A stretch of 64,000 nucleotides of DNA from an uncultured Gammaproteobacteria bacterium (GCA_963759005.1 CAVWXQ010000014.1:23655-87654), one strand, 5' to 3'; shown: positions 40,022 to 51,700, numbered from the stretch's first letter. Numbers and translations are program-made. Notes: generated from the sequence alone by a model not told the origin.

Positions 40022-40276
40022 CCCGGTTATTTCATAGTAACGCTGCTAATCTTGCTTAACACTATGATTATTATAACAAATAGCAATATATTAGAAAAAC
40101 ACACTATGTACCTGACAACGCTATGCAGTTTTTGGAAAAATATCAGCGGCCATTTTCTACGATTCCCCTGCAACCATAGCTACGGCTATGCTTTTCGGCG
40201 AATCGTACAAACTGACTCACTGACCGATTTTAATAAAACATGACCCCATCGTCTGCATTCCTATGAAATATCCGGG
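40022..40276 (+). mobile_element. MITE copy 4
   Basis: Both TIRs intact. Terminal ...GGGTT overlaps the TAA stop of ORF 40277-40564. Confidence 0.7.
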
Positions 40277-40564
40277 TTAAGGTAATGTTAATGCTTTTAT
40301 TAACTCATGTAGTGAGTTCCATGTAATTTCAACATCATCCTTGAACTCTTCCCATGTTTCATCACCAGCCTGTTTTAGTCGCTGAAGTTTTTTATGAGCG
40401 GCTTCTAGCTCCAGTTTCACTTCTTCGATTAACGTGTAGTACTCAAGCTGCAAATTGGTTTCTTCCTGTTCGGCTTTTTCCTTAAACGCCGCAAGCCTGG
40501 TTTTCCACTCATCAAGCTGTGCCTGCATATTCTTTTCATATACGTCTCTAATGCTCATATTCAT
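40277..40564 (-). CDS. small coiled-coil protein, hypothetical
   Basis: 95 aa, E/K/Q-rich heptad-like sequence. Confidence 0.3.
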   Translation of the reverse strand: MNMSIRDVYEKNMQAQLDEWKTRLAAFKEKAEQEETNLQLEYYTLIEEVKLELEAAHKKLQRLKQAGDETWEEFKDDVEITWNSLHELIKALTLP

Positions 40565-40587
40565 TCCTACGGACTATTCGGGTTAAT

Positions 40588-40613
40588 GCAGCATTGTTAT
40601 ATAACAATGCTGC
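40588..40613. promoter_or_regulatory. perfect 26-nt palindrome between degP stop and next gene start
   Basis: gcagcattgttatataacaatgctgc. Confidence 0.3.
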
Positions 40614-40633
40614 CCGTATATCATATGACCAGA

Positions 40634-42097
40634 TTACCAACTCAATGCCACGAATTGCTGCATATTGTTTTTTCTGATGAGTAACAGTATACGTTTGCTG
40701 GCGCTGCTTTTTTTCACTTCACGTTTAAAGTCCTCAGCACTTGTTATCGGTATACGGTTTACCTGTACGATAATGGAACCGGATTGTATGCCTGCACTGG
40801 CAGCAATGGAATCAGGTCTGACTTGCGTAACCACCACCCCTTCACCGGCTTTTGCGTTAAATTGTTCAGCCAGTTGTGGCGTAATGGTCTGCACGGTCAG
40901 GCCTAGCTCATCGGTGCTTTGAGTTGATGCCTCTGCAACCATTTTGTCCTTGCTTAGTGTACCGATAGTGACAGAAATATTGCGGCGCTTACTATCGCGG
41001 ATAATCGTCAATTGTTCGCGGCTTCCCGGTGATGTAAGCGAGACCCGGTTACGGAATTCACCTACTTTGGTCACTGGTTTACCCTGGTAGGCAACAATGA
41101 CATCACCCTGTTTCAAACCCGCCTCTGCGGCCGGTGAATCTTCGGTTACCTGGGCGATCAAAATCCCCTGGTTTTGATCAAGATCGAACGACCTGGCCAG
41201 TTCAGGTGTTAACTCCTGAATGACGATACCAAGATAACCTCGTGTCACCTCGCCACTATCCATCAACTGATCAGCAATGCCTTTGGCCAGGTCAATGGGG
41301 ATGGCGAAACCGACACCCATATAACCGCCGCTGCGAGAAAGGATCGCGGTATTGATGCCGACAACTTCACCATCAAGATTAACCAGAGGCCCACCGGAGT
41401 TACCAGGATTGATGGCCGCATCTGTCTGGATGAAATCCTCATAATCACTAATCCCTAAACTGGTGCGTCCTTTAGCGCTGACCACGCCTACAGTAAGGCT
41501 ATGGCTTAATCCAAAAGGGCTACCAATGGCAATGACCCATTCCCCGACCTCCAATGAAGAAGAATTGCCCAGCGCCAGTGCCGGCAGCCCTCCTGTCTTG
41601 ATCACTAGTACGGCAACGTCGGATTGCGGGTCTGTACCGACGATCTCGGCATCAAATTCACGGCCATCCTTGAGTTGCACATGGATCTTGTCTGCTCCAG
41701 CCACAACATGGTTATTTGTCAGGATATAGCTTTTATCGGAGAACAGACCATCCTTTGACTTGAAGATAAACCCCGAACCCTGACCGACAGCACGGCGCTT
41801 GCTCTCTGGCGTCTCAGATCGAGGCATTTGCGGGAGCTGAAATTGATCGCCAAAAAAGCGTTTAAACAGGTCATCATTGAATGGTCCACCTTCACCGAAA
41901 GGGAACTGAAAATCGGGCATTTCTTGCCCGCTCACTATGCCCTCACTGCGAATATAAACGACAGAAGGCGATACAGTGCGAGCCACTGAGGTGAAAGCCT
42001 TGCCAGTCTCACGCAAACTTTCAATGCCACTTTCCTGTGCATGGACTGGTGTTATGAATAGAAACACACTCAGGATTAAAATTATTTTATTATTCAT
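40634..42097 (-). CDS. degP: DegP/DegQ (HtrA) periplasmic serine endoprotease with two PDZ domains
   Basis: Catalytic triad contexts TNNHVV, D, GNSGGPL. Signal peptide. Confidence 0.9.
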   Translation of the reverse strand: MNNKIILILSVFLFITPVHAQESGIESLRETGKAFTSVARTVSPSVVYIRSEGIVSGQEMPDFQFPFGEGGPFNDDLFKRFFGDQFQLPQMPRSETPESKRRAVGQGSGFIFKSKDGLFSDKSYILTNNHVVAGADKIHVQLKDGREFDAEIVGTDPQSDVAVLVIKTGGLPALALGNSSSLEVGEWVIAIGSPFGLSHSLTVGVVSAKGRTSLGISDYEDFIQTDAAINPGNSGGPLVNLDGEVVGINTAILSRSGGYMGVGFAIPIDLAKGIADQLMDSGEVTRGYLGIVIQELTPELARSFDLDQNQGILIAQVTEDSPAAEAGLKQGDVIVAYQGKPVTKVGEFRNRVSLTSPGSREQLTIIRDSKRRNISVTIGTLSKDKMVAEASTQSTDELGLTVQTITPQLAEQFNAKAGEGVVVTQVRPDSIAASAGIQSGSIIVQVNRIPITSAEDFKREVKKSSASKRILLLIRKNNMQQFVALSW

Positions 42098-42274
42098 TAT
42101 TTAAACCTATCTTATGTCGTTAACTAATATCGAAGATAATCGATCCAACGTTCTCAATCATATTTAACACATTAAGAAAATGATCTTATATTAACAATTG
42201 CTTCTGTACTAGACATCCATGTCTACGTGAGCACCTGGCGTACAAAACACACACCCTGCAAGCCAAACATTATT

Positions 42275-42310
42275 GGAAACGGAGTGATAAAAGAATAATC
42301 ACTCCGTTCC
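42275..42310 (-). terminator. hairpin downstream of Hsp20 gene
   Basis: ggaacggagtgat-N9-atcactccgtttcc on the minus strand, 25 nt after the stop. The following U-run is weak. Confidence 0.4.
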
Positions 42311-42334
42311 CTTTATGCTTAACCCTGTAAAGGC

Positions 42335-42832
42335 TTACTCAACTTTTATTTGTTTACGTTGAGATTTTTCCTGTTTTGGTATGGTCATTTCCAGCACACC
42401 ATTCTTGTAGGATGTTTTGATTTTTTCATCATCAACCTCGTCAGGTAAGAAAACAGAACGATAGATCTCGCTCTGTCTGATTTCCTGTTTCAGGTAGTCA
42501 CCTTTTTCCTCTTTTTCTTCCTTGCAGGTTTTTGCTTTGATAACGAGTCGGTTATTAGCTATCGAAATATCGAGATCATCTTTATCAAAACCGGGTAATT
42601 CAGCTTTAACAAAAATTTCTTTATCTCTATCGACAACATCTATCTTTGGCATTTTGCTTAGAGAACTAAAAGAAAACGTGTCAGGTAATTTCTCATGATG
42701 GAAAGGATTGCGCCACATGTTATGAAACATGTTTTCAACTCTGTCCTCAAGGTCCCTGAACGCTGTTAAATAGCTATTCTCAGCCTCATTTGTGGTTTTT
42801 GAAAGATTTTTTTTGTCAGACATTTTAATCAC
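42335..42832 (-). CDS. Hsp20/alpha-crystallin family small heat-shock protein
   Basis: ...IFVKAELPGFDKDDLDISIANNRLVIKAK...YKNGVLEMTIPK. Confidence 0.85.
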   Translation of the reverse strand: MIKMSDKKNLSKTTNEAENSYLTAFRDLEDRVENMFHNMWRNPFHHEKLPDTFSFSSLSKMPKIDVVDRDKEIFVKAELPGFDKDDLDISIANNRLVIKAKTCKEEKEEKGDYLKQEIRQSEIYRSVFLPDEVDDEKIKTSYKNGVLEMTIPKQEKSQRKQIKVE

Positions 42833-43140
42833 CTCTTGTTAATTATTTATCACACTTCACAGTAAATTTATTACTATACATGTAACATGTAACATGATTT
42901 TCGTGGCTTAACATTGATACACATCAATATTTGAATGTGAAGTTTATAGCGTTTTCGAAACAGCCCGGCCGCATGTGAGTAACTAATTATCAGGACAGTA
43001 AATATCCTGTTCGCCACTTCTAGAGATGCATCATTATATAATATCTATTATTTGGACAAAGCCGAATGGTACGAAGACGTCTGTAATTTGCTCAAGTACG
43101 ACGAGCTACCTGTTAAGTAATACTGATAGTATGACTTCGT

Positions 43141-43752
43141 TTAACTAGAACAACTCAGTGATAGTTGCGATAAACGAAGCGTCTCCGGCTTACCAACATA
43201 ACTTGCCTGTGCCAAAAACAGCTCTGCTGTGGCTTGCGCATCTGCCAGTGCATTGTGTTGAACGCCATGAGGTAAACCATAACGTTGGCGGCACTGCGCC
43301 AATCGAAGTCCATTCATCTTGCCTTGTAAATGCAAGCGCCTTTTTTCTATCACCATGGTATCAACGTAACTAAACAACAGCGGACAGCGAAAAGTTTCTA
43401 TGGTGGCTTTTTGTAAAAATCGCACATCAAGCGGCGCATGATGAAACACCAGTACTGATCCAGGCATCTGCTTCATCAGTAACATCAGAACAATCGCCAC
43501 ACTTTTAGCGCCGGCGATGTTGCTATCGAGTAAACCATGTATCTTACTGCTATCTCCCGTGCCTCTATCGGCATGAATGAGAAGATGTTTTGCGCTCGAG
43601 TTTATGATGCGCCCTCGCTCTATAAGCACCCAACCGATACTGAGTAACTGGCATTTCTTCGGATCAAGACCACTCATCTCGCAATCAATCACTAAAAAAC
43701 GCGTATCAAGAAAAAATTGAGACGAGGAAATAATCGGTGCCTGATAAAGCAT
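43141..43752 (-). CDS. DnaQ-like (DEDDh) 3'-5' exonuclease
   Basis: FLVIDCEMSGLD (Exo I). HHAPLDVRFL. HNALADAQATAELF (Exo III). Start chosen at MLYQ, which avoids overlap with the upstream gene. Confidence 0.75.
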   Translation of the reverse strand: MLYQAPIISSSQFFLDTRFLVIDCEMSGLDPKKCQLLSIGWVLIERGRIINSSAKHLLIHADRGTGDSSKIHGLLDSNIAGAKSVAIVLMLLMKQMPGSVLVFHHAPLDVRFLQKATIETFRCPLLFSYVDTMVIEKRRLHLQGKMNGLRLAQCRQRYGLPHGVQHNALADAQATAELFLAQASYVGKPETLRLSQLSLSCSS

Positions 43753-43813
43753 TTGCAGAGGCGTGTTATCTGCCTCCTGCCTGTAGCGATATTGCCGGTA
43801 ACGATAAGATAAA

Positions 43814-45685
43814 TTATATAACACCGCCACCAAACCTTGTTCGCATTGCAGCCTGCGCATCACGAACAACATTAAAAGCATCTTTCAGTTGATGACGTAC
43901 CAATGGCGATAATTCTTTTGGATCTAAATAATTATTAACAGTCATGCCTTCGCGATACTGCCTGCCCTGTGCGCTAAGACGTATACCTGCGATAAACTCA
44001 TGTGCGTCGATTAAACTGAGCGCCATTTCTTCAGACATCACTCCAGCTTTTTCCATCGCCTGTAAACGCTCGATTGAATTTAACGGTTTTAGGCTGGCAG
44101 AAAGCGCATAGTTACGTGCAACATCAACGATAGGGATAGTGCCGCGTTTCTTTAAGTTAAGCGTATGGTTATGATCACCATCACTTTCCAGCACAAATGT
44201 TTTAAAAAAACCAAGCGGCGGTGAATTCAGTAATGCATTGTCACACATCATGGCAAGAAAAATGGTATTACTCTTTGCCCTTTCGATTACATATGCCCGC
44301 AAAGCTTTAGTAAGGTTCGCGTCACCAGAGATATGACGCATATCAAAAAATATACTGGAGTGCATTACTGCCTTGGGTGATGGCTCTTCAATCCATTTTG
44401 CAAAATAACTAATCCACACTTTTAACGGTTGTCGCCACTTTTCATTCCTGGCCATGATATCACCAGGGCAATATGGCATACCGCAATCGGCCAGCCCGTT
44501 ATTAACAAATTCGGCTAGCCGTTTAAAATAAGCATCGTCAATAGCTACATCATCTGGCAGTAACAGACCGTTATCCTGATCAGAACCCAATACCTGCTCT
44601 TGCCTGGCCTGTGAACCAAAGGCCAACCATGCATATTTACAGGGCGGTGCACCAAACTTACGCCTTGCCAGTTTAAGCAGGCGTTTGGTTATACCGTCAG
44701 AAAATGAAGTAATGATTTTTCCAATTTCTACTGCACGAGCATCACGCTCTATTAACTTAACCACAAGACCAGGTAAGTTTTCGGCAGCGTCACTTAAATC
44801 ATCAACGGTATCGGCACGATTAATTGCGCGGATTAACGATAATGGCTCCGCATTATTTTCTCTTAACATATCACTTAAGGTAAGTATGCCAACAGGAACA
44901 TTAATCTTAACAACCGGTAGATGATGTACACCTTCAGACATCATTTTCAGGTGAGCATCATATAAGTGGTTACTTTCTTCAACACATTTCGGTGATTTAG
45001 TCATCACCTTCGCTACTTTTTTTGTATCCGGCACACCTTTCGCCAACACGCGCGAACGAAGATCACGATCGGTTAAAATACCAACGAGCCTTTCATCCTG
45101 TAGTATTAATAAAGAAGAGATATGATGTTGCTTCATCAGGCACGCCGCCTCTCGAATACTTGTCTCAGGACCTGTACTGATGATCTTGCCAGACATTGCA
45201 TCGCTAACTTTCTGACTTAAATAATTATCATTAATAAATTGTGCAACGGGTAATTCATCCGTCTGTGAATGTCCGATTTTTTTTGAATCGCTCTCCAGTA
45301 CCGATGCAATCTCACTACTGCTTGTACCTAGAGACCAGAGTGCATAATCTGTTATTTCGTAATACAGACAATCTTCGAGCACGATCACACGCGATGGATG
45401 TTCAGTTTGATTATCAATCACATCAGTTAGCAGATAATCACCACTGCTGAGACGATCTACCAGCTCGCCCTGCCCCGTTCTTATTTCCAGACTACCTGAA
45501 CGTACCACTATCATTCCAACCTTATGTGCATTATCAGCTGAGTTATCAATACTAATTTCACTTCCTGATTTACTGAAAGCGACAAAGATATTGGTACTCA
45601 CATACTCGAGTTGAGTTTGTGATAGTTGATCGAATGGCGGGTGCTGGACCAGGAACGCCTGCACATCATTTGTTTCACTAACCAT
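43814..45685 (-). CDS. cNMP-binding / tandem CBS / DUF294 nucleotidyltransferase signal-transduction protein
   Basis: CBS motifs (...LVGILTDRDL...). GS..LAFGSQARQEQVLGSDQDNGLL is a GlnD/GlnE-like nucleotidyltransferase motif. I recall this family pairing with a DnaQ-like exonuclease. Confidence 0.75.
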   Translation of the reverse strand: MVSETNDVQAFLVQHPPFDQLSQTQLEYVSTNIFVAFSKSGSEISIDNSADNAHKVGMIVVRSGSLEIRTGQGELVDRLSSGDYLLTDVIDNQTEHPSRVIVLEDCLYYEITDYALWSLGTSSSEIASVLESDSKKIGHSQTDELPVAQFINDNYLSQKVSDAMSGKIISTGPETSIREAACLMKQHHISSLLILQDERLVGILTDRDLRSRVLAKGVPDTKKVAKVMTKSPKCVEESNHLYDAHLKMMSEGVHHLPVVKINVPVGILTLSDMLRENNAEPLSLIRAINRADTVDDLSDAAENLPGLVVKLIERDARAVEIGKIITSFSDGITKRLLKLARRKFGAPPCKYAWLAFGSQARQEQVLGSDQDNGLLLPDDVAIDDAYFKRLAEFVNNGLADCGMPYCPGDIMARNEKWRQPLKVWISYFAKWIEEPSPKAVMHSSIFFDMRHISGDANLTKALRAYVIERAKSNTIFLAMMCDNALLNSPPLGFFKTFVLESDGDHNHTLNLKKRGTIPIVDVARNYALSASLKPLNSIERLQAMEKAGVMSEEMALSLIDAHEFIAGIRLSAQGRQYREGMTVNNYLDPKELSPLVRHQLKDAFNVVRDAQAAMRTRFGGGVI

Positions 45686-45865
45686 AACGACTATTTTTCT
45701 GGCAATTGTTTTTCATCTGATTCATAAATTATAAAAATCTAAACCTTATCTACACATAGCTTTAAATAGCATATCTGAATTTTTTTTATTTTATCGCATA
45801 GTCAATAAAAATATTAATGATATGTATCAGTAAACCTGTAATAGAAAAATTCCAGATACCGGAGC

Positions 45866-46381
45866 CTATTCGTTAGAAAAGTTTTCTCGCGAGAAAGACG
45901 TTTCATATTCTATAAAAATTGCTGTGGTTTCTGCATAATAAAGCGTATCAGAAATGCTAAATGCTAAACGGAGAATGCTGTTATCAGAAGGAACCTTGTC
46001 GAAGCTTGCGGACCAGACACCCGGTTGCTCCAGGCTCGCCAGCATCGGCGTCGGTTCAGCGTTTACAGTTTCATCGCCAGAATCATCCACAAATGATAGC
46101 AATGCATTCTGTAACGGTATAACTGAACTCAGAAATACTGTAGCTCGGCTGTTATCAATAATTTCGACACGAAGTTTAACTTCAACATCACCATTCTCGA
46201 GAGTACATGACCCGCTCTTATAGCGACAATTTGATTTAGCAGCAAGTTTGTAACTACTACCAGCAACTGCTGCATGTGGTTTCTCTGATACCACCTGATC
46301 TACTGAAAAATAAGCAATAACCGCCAGTACAGGCGCAATGAACATCGCCAATATCAGGTGTTTATTCTTTAGAAAATCCAT
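45866..46381 (-). CDS. hypothetical exported protein
   Basis: N-terminal hydrophobic segment. No motif I recognise. Confidence 0.3.
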   Translation of the reverse strand: MDFLKNKHLILAMFIAPVLAVIAYFSVDQVVSEKPHAAVAGSSYKLAAKSNCRYKSGSCTLENGDVEVKLRVEIIDNSRATVFLSSVIPLQNALLSFVDDSGDETVNAEPTPMLASLEQPGVWSASFDKVPSDNSILRLAFSISDTLYYAETTAIFIEYETSFSRENFSNE

Positions 46382-46461
46382 ATGAGATTACCTATGAGCT
46401 ACCGATGAGCTGTGTGAATAAAAGAATAGTTCGCATACGTCAAACTATAATACATTACAGA

Positions 46462-46507
46462 ACATTAAAATGCGAAAAGCACGCGGACAGAACGCCCGTG
46501 TGCTTTT
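46462..46507 (-). terminator. putative terminator after actP
   Basis: Minus strand: aaaagcacacgggcg-ttctgt-ccgcgtgctttt, then cgcatttt. One mismatch in the stem. Confidence 0.35.
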
Positions 46508-46527
46508 CATCAACATAGTAAACTTTT

Positions 46528-48260
46528 TTAGTGACTATGTGCGCTAGCTGCCCCTGCTGGTACACGTATATCTTCAACCATATGTTGAATGTGATCAGGT
46601 GGTGCTGGTGTCATCTTCGAAACAACATAGGCCACACTGAAGTTTACAACCGCGCCCACTGCACCAAACGCATTTGGCTCAATGCCCATAAACCAGTTTG
46701 GTTTCATGTCACCTAAGAAGGCGGTACCGGGAACAAACATAATACCTTTGTGTTGGAACACATAAAGTAGCGTGACAGAAATACCAGCAATCATACCTGC
46801 AATGGCGCCTTCCTTGTTCATATTCTTACTGAAAATACCCATCATCAGTACAGGGAAGATGGAAGATGCAGCAAGTCCGAATGCCAGTGCCACCGTTCCC
46901 GCAGCAAAGTCAGGCGGATTAAATCCCAGGTAACCAGCTAAGCCGATAGCACCTGCCATCGCTAACCGACTGGCGAACAACTCCTGCTTCTCGTTAATAT
47001 CCGGTCTAAACACCCCTTTCAATAAATCATGTGAAATGGATGAGGCTATCGCCAGCAACAAACCTGCGGCGGTAGATAGCGCAGCAGCAAGACCACCTGC
47101 AGCAACCAGGGCAATTACCCAGTTAGGTAAACCAGCTATCTCAGGATTTGCCAGCACCATGATATCTCTATCAACTTTCACCATTTCGTTAGTGACTGGG
47201 TCTGCAGAATAATTCAACCAGACCATCGCCATTTTTGTCTTCAAATTTCAACAGACCTGTTTTCTCCCAGTTTTTAAACCAGCTTGGACGGTCGTCATAA
47301 ACAAGATTTACACCAGGCTCGTGGCTGAATGGTTTCGTGTAAGTTTAAACGAGCCATCGCAGCTACAGCAGGTGCTGTTGTATAAAGAATAGTGATAAAG
47401 ATTAGTGCCCAACCAGCAGACACACGCGCATCACTCACTTTTGTCACTGTGAAGAAACGGATGATTACGTGGGGCAGACCCGCAGTACCAATCATTAGAG
47501 ACAAAGTATAAACAAAGGTGTTTAAGGTACCCAGTCTCGTAAGCGTCGTGTACTCAGCAAAACCGAGTTCCGTCACCACCTGATCCAGTCGATCCAGCAG
47601 ATAGGTTTCTGTACCCGCCATCATACTACCCAAACCTAACTGTGGAATTGGATTACCGGTCAGGTTCAGCGAGATAAAAATTGCAGGAATGGTATAAGCA
47701 AAAATAAGAACACAGTATTGTGCAATCTGGGTATAGGTAATACCTTTCATGCCGCCTACAACCGCGTAGATAAATACGATGCCCATACCAATTGACAATC
47801 CTAATTCATAACTCACTTCCAGGAATCGGGAGAATGCCACGCCGATACCTTTCATCTGACCGATTACATAGGTCACCGATGCAACAATCAAACAGATTAC
47901 TGCAACAATACGTGCAGTTTTTGAGTAATAACGATCGCCAATAAACTCTGGCACGGTGAACTTTCCGTACTTGCGCAGGTAAGGGGCAAGCAACATCGCC
48001 AACAACACGTAGCCACCCGTCCAACCCATAAGAAAGACAGAACCGCCGTAACCAAAGAACGCAATCAAACCCGCCATCGAAATAAACGATGCTGCTGACA
48101 TCCAGTCGGCGGCGGTCGCCATGCCGTTAGCAATCGGATGAATACCACCGCCAGCGATATAGAATTCACTGGTTGTTCCAGCACGCGCCCAGAAAGCGAT
48201 GCCGATATAGATCGAAAATGTTATACCTACGACAATAAATGTTAATGTTTGTAGTTCCAT
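46528..48260 (-). pseudogene. actP: actP-type cation/acetate symporter (SSF family), at least 2 frameshifts near 47240-47340
   Basis: The N-terminal 321 aa and C-terminal 238 aa are each SSF-like (...GLPHVIIRFFTV...). The linker HEPGVNLVYDDRPSWFKNWEKTGLLKFEDKNGDGL is readable only in a third frame. Confidence 0.8.
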
Positions 48261-48269
48261 GACGCCCCC

Positions 48270-48536
48270 TTATTTCTCGTGTACATCGTATTTACGATCA
48301 AGTTTGGCCATCAGCCGCGCATAGATAAATATGATCGCAACGAAACCGTACATGGAACCTTGTTGAGCAAACCAGAAACCCAGTTTGTAGCCACCTAGTC
48401 GAATTGTGTTTAGTTGTTCGACGAAAACTATGCCGCAGAGATACGATATTACAAACCACACACTTAGTAATATCACCATCAACCTGACATTTTCCCGCCA
48501 ATATGCTGTTCTTTTTTCTTGGTTAAATTCAGCCAT
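48270..48536 (-). CDS. DUF4212/YjcH-like small membrane protein upstream of actP
   Basis: 88 aa with two TM helices. Conserved position immediately 5' of actP. Confidence 0.6.
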   Translation of the reverse strand: MAEFNQEKRTAYWRENVRLMVILLSVWFVISYLCGIVFVEQLNTIRLGGYKLGFWFAQQGSMYGFVAIIFIYARLMAKLDRKYDVHEK

Positions 48537-48714
48537 TTCAGCCTCCGAAATTTAGCAGTAACTAAATGTAACAGGAGTCACGATTTTATGAGCCTCGACT
48601 TTAGTCTATAGGTAGACTAATGTCTTAATCGTTATACTGGCATTCAGCGTTAAATACGAGAATTTAGCGCAACACGCTATTAAGCAATAACTTACATAAA
48701 ACTGGAGCGGACTC

Positions 48715-51700
48715 TTGTCAGCAGTTACACTTCTTATATCATTGGCCATGTACCTGGCATTGCTGTTCTGGATAGCGCGACTTGGCGATCGCCGCCGTTT
48801 TAATACTACCGGCTGGGTGCGCCACCCGCTAGTTTATACACTCGCCCTGGGTGTTTATTGCACTTCCTGGACGTTTTACGGCTTAGTTGGCACAGCCGCT
48901 TCTCGTGGCTGGTACTACCTGCCAATTCTTCTCGGACCGATACTTCTTTTTACTTTCGGTTATCCTCTATTACAGCGCATCGCCAGTGTTAGTCGCCAGG
49001 AAAACATTCATTCCATCGCTGATTTTATAACCTCGCGTTACGGAAAACGTCAGTCCGTGGCTGTAATCGTTACAGTTATCATGCTTGCTACTACCGTGCC
49101 GTATATTGCCCTGCAATTAAAAGCCGTCACCGATACACTGCTCTACAGCGTAGATAATATTGCCTTTGCCAGTCAGGACATGACCATGCTGGTTGCTGTC
49201 GCAATGATATTATTTACCCTGATTTTTGGTGCAAACCGACTTGATGTCTCCAGTTATCACTCTGGCATTATGGCGGCGATTGCTTTTGAATCACTGATCA
49301 AACTTTTTGCCTTAATTACAATAGCCGTATTTGCACTAACTCTTTCCGCCGGTTTCGATCCCAGTCAAATAAGTAATAATGCTAATGCTGTATTTCAACA
49401 ATCAACCCTCACGCCTTCTTTCTGGATTCTAACCTTCGTTTCAGCAGCGACAATTTTTTGCTTGCCGCGCATGTTCCAGATTACTTTTGTTGAATGTTTA
49501 AGTGAACAGCATCTCAAATTTGCGCGCCGTGGTTTCAGTCTTTATTTAATTGCGATAGCTACAGCTGTTTTCGTGATTTCCTGGGTAGGCAACCAGGTAC
49601 TCGCCAACACCGATGTTGCCAGCGACACTTACGTACTCGCTTTACCATTGAGTACAGATAATCAACTGCTAACGCTACTCGCATTTATCGGTGGTTTTTC
49701 TGCCGCAACAGCAATGATCATTGTGGCTTCACTTACTTTAAGCCAGATGCTGAGTAATGATGTGATCCTGCCATTATTAATCAGGCAACAGAAAAACCGC
49801 AGCCCTATTCCCGATTATTCACGTGCGCTTATCCTGACACGACGACTTACCGTTATTGCTGTCATTCTCATGGCATGGCTGTATCAACATAGCCTGGCTG
49901 AAAATGTTGCACTGACAGAGATCGGTCTTATCGCATTTGCTTTAGCCGTGCAGTTGGCACCAGCGATCATCTTCGGGCTTTACTGGCACCGCGGTAATGC
50001 CATGGGCGCCTTTGCCGGACTGGGCTCCGGCGTACTTATCTGGTTTATAACACTCATGCTTCCTCTGCTGAGTAATGCTGGATTTATTAGTCCAACATTA
50101 ATAACCCATGGTCTTTTTGGCCTGGATTTTTTACGACCCGACCATCTTTTTGGTCTCACCTTTAGTGATGCTTATACGCGTGGCGTGGTGTTAAGTATCA
50201 GCGTGAATGTAATTGCTTTTTACCTCGTGTCATCAATGGATATAACACGCCTCTCCGATAGAATTCAGGCGCTGGCTTTCGTCCACCGAAAACGTTCAGA
50301 ACAACTTCCAACCATCGATAACTTAAAGATTAACAAAACGGATTTAACTACGATGTTGACACAGTTCCTGGGCGCGTCCGCCACTGAACGATTACTAAAA
50401 AACGAACCAGGCCCAGAATTATTACTCGTTAGCTCCAAACTGCTCGACCATGCTGAACAGGCACTATCCGGCGTCGTCGGTGTTGCTTCGGCACGTGCAT
50501 TACTATCAAGTTTGAGCAGCGGTGAAAGTCTTGGGGTGGAAGATGTAGTCAATATATTTGAAGAGACTACGCGCACACTGCAATTTAACCAGGATATGCT
50601 TTTTGCTACCTTCGAAAGTATTTCATCAGCAATTAGCGTGGTTAATGCCGACTTAAAAATTGTAGCCTGGAACAAACGTTACGAACAAATGTTCAATTAC
50701 CCGGAAGGTATGTTACGTGTTGGTAGAGCGATAGAAGATTTAGTTAGATTCAATGCAGAGCGTGGCATGCTCGGAGCCGGCGCAATTGAAGCACAGGTGA
50801 ACACTCGTCTCGGGCATTTAACTGCAGGCAAACCCTATCGTGTGGTGAGAAATCATAATCAGGGCGTTATAGAAATCAAAGGCAGACCGCTACCTAATGG
50901 CGGTTATGTAACGACCTATGATGATATAAGCGAATTTGTAAACGCGCAGAGTGAACTGGAAAAAGTTAATCTCAGTCTCGAACGCCGTGTACGCGAAAGA
51001 ACAGAAGAAATTGAAAAGATCAATAAATCACTGCGCAAAGAAGTAGAAAAACACAATGTCACAGAAATTGAATTGATTAAAGCGAAATCGATTGCCGAAA
51101 AATCAAACGCCAGTAAAACTCAGTTTCTTGCCATCGCCAGTCATGATATTTTACAACCTCTAAATGCCGCCAACCTTTATGCCAGCGCACTACTGGAAAG
51201 GCCCGATTCCAATGACCCGAAACAAACCGCAAGTCTCCAGCATCTGCATGCTGCCATCTGTTCTGCCGAGCTAATCATTTCCAACTTACTGGAAATATCA
51301 CGGCTTGATACTGGCTCACTCAAACCGAAATTAAGCCGCTTTGCACTTAATGATGTTTTAGAACCACTGGTTCATGATTTTCGCGTGCAAACCAATGCCG
51401 ATGTTATTTTTCGCTACCAGCGCACTTCTTTGTGGACAGAATCCGACGCAAAATACCTGCGCCGCATCTTGCAAAATTTCTTTTCTAACGCGGTGAAATA
51501 TACCAGCAAAGGAAAAATTCTTATCGGTTGCTTGCGCCATGGTGAGCAAATAAAAATATGTGTTTACGATACCGGTCCCGGTATTTCCGAAACACATCAA
51601 CAACGCATTTTCGACGATTTTTACCGTGTGACAACAAATGTTGACGGCGCCGGACTAGGCCTGGGCATCGCATTACGCTTCTCTCATCTGCTTGGCCATC

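Noticed and set aside
47240-47345. Programmed ribosomal frameshift in actP
   Set aside because: Two separate slips in opposite directions within 120 bp, with no slippery heptamer or downstream structure. Indel damage or sequencing error is the simpler explanation.
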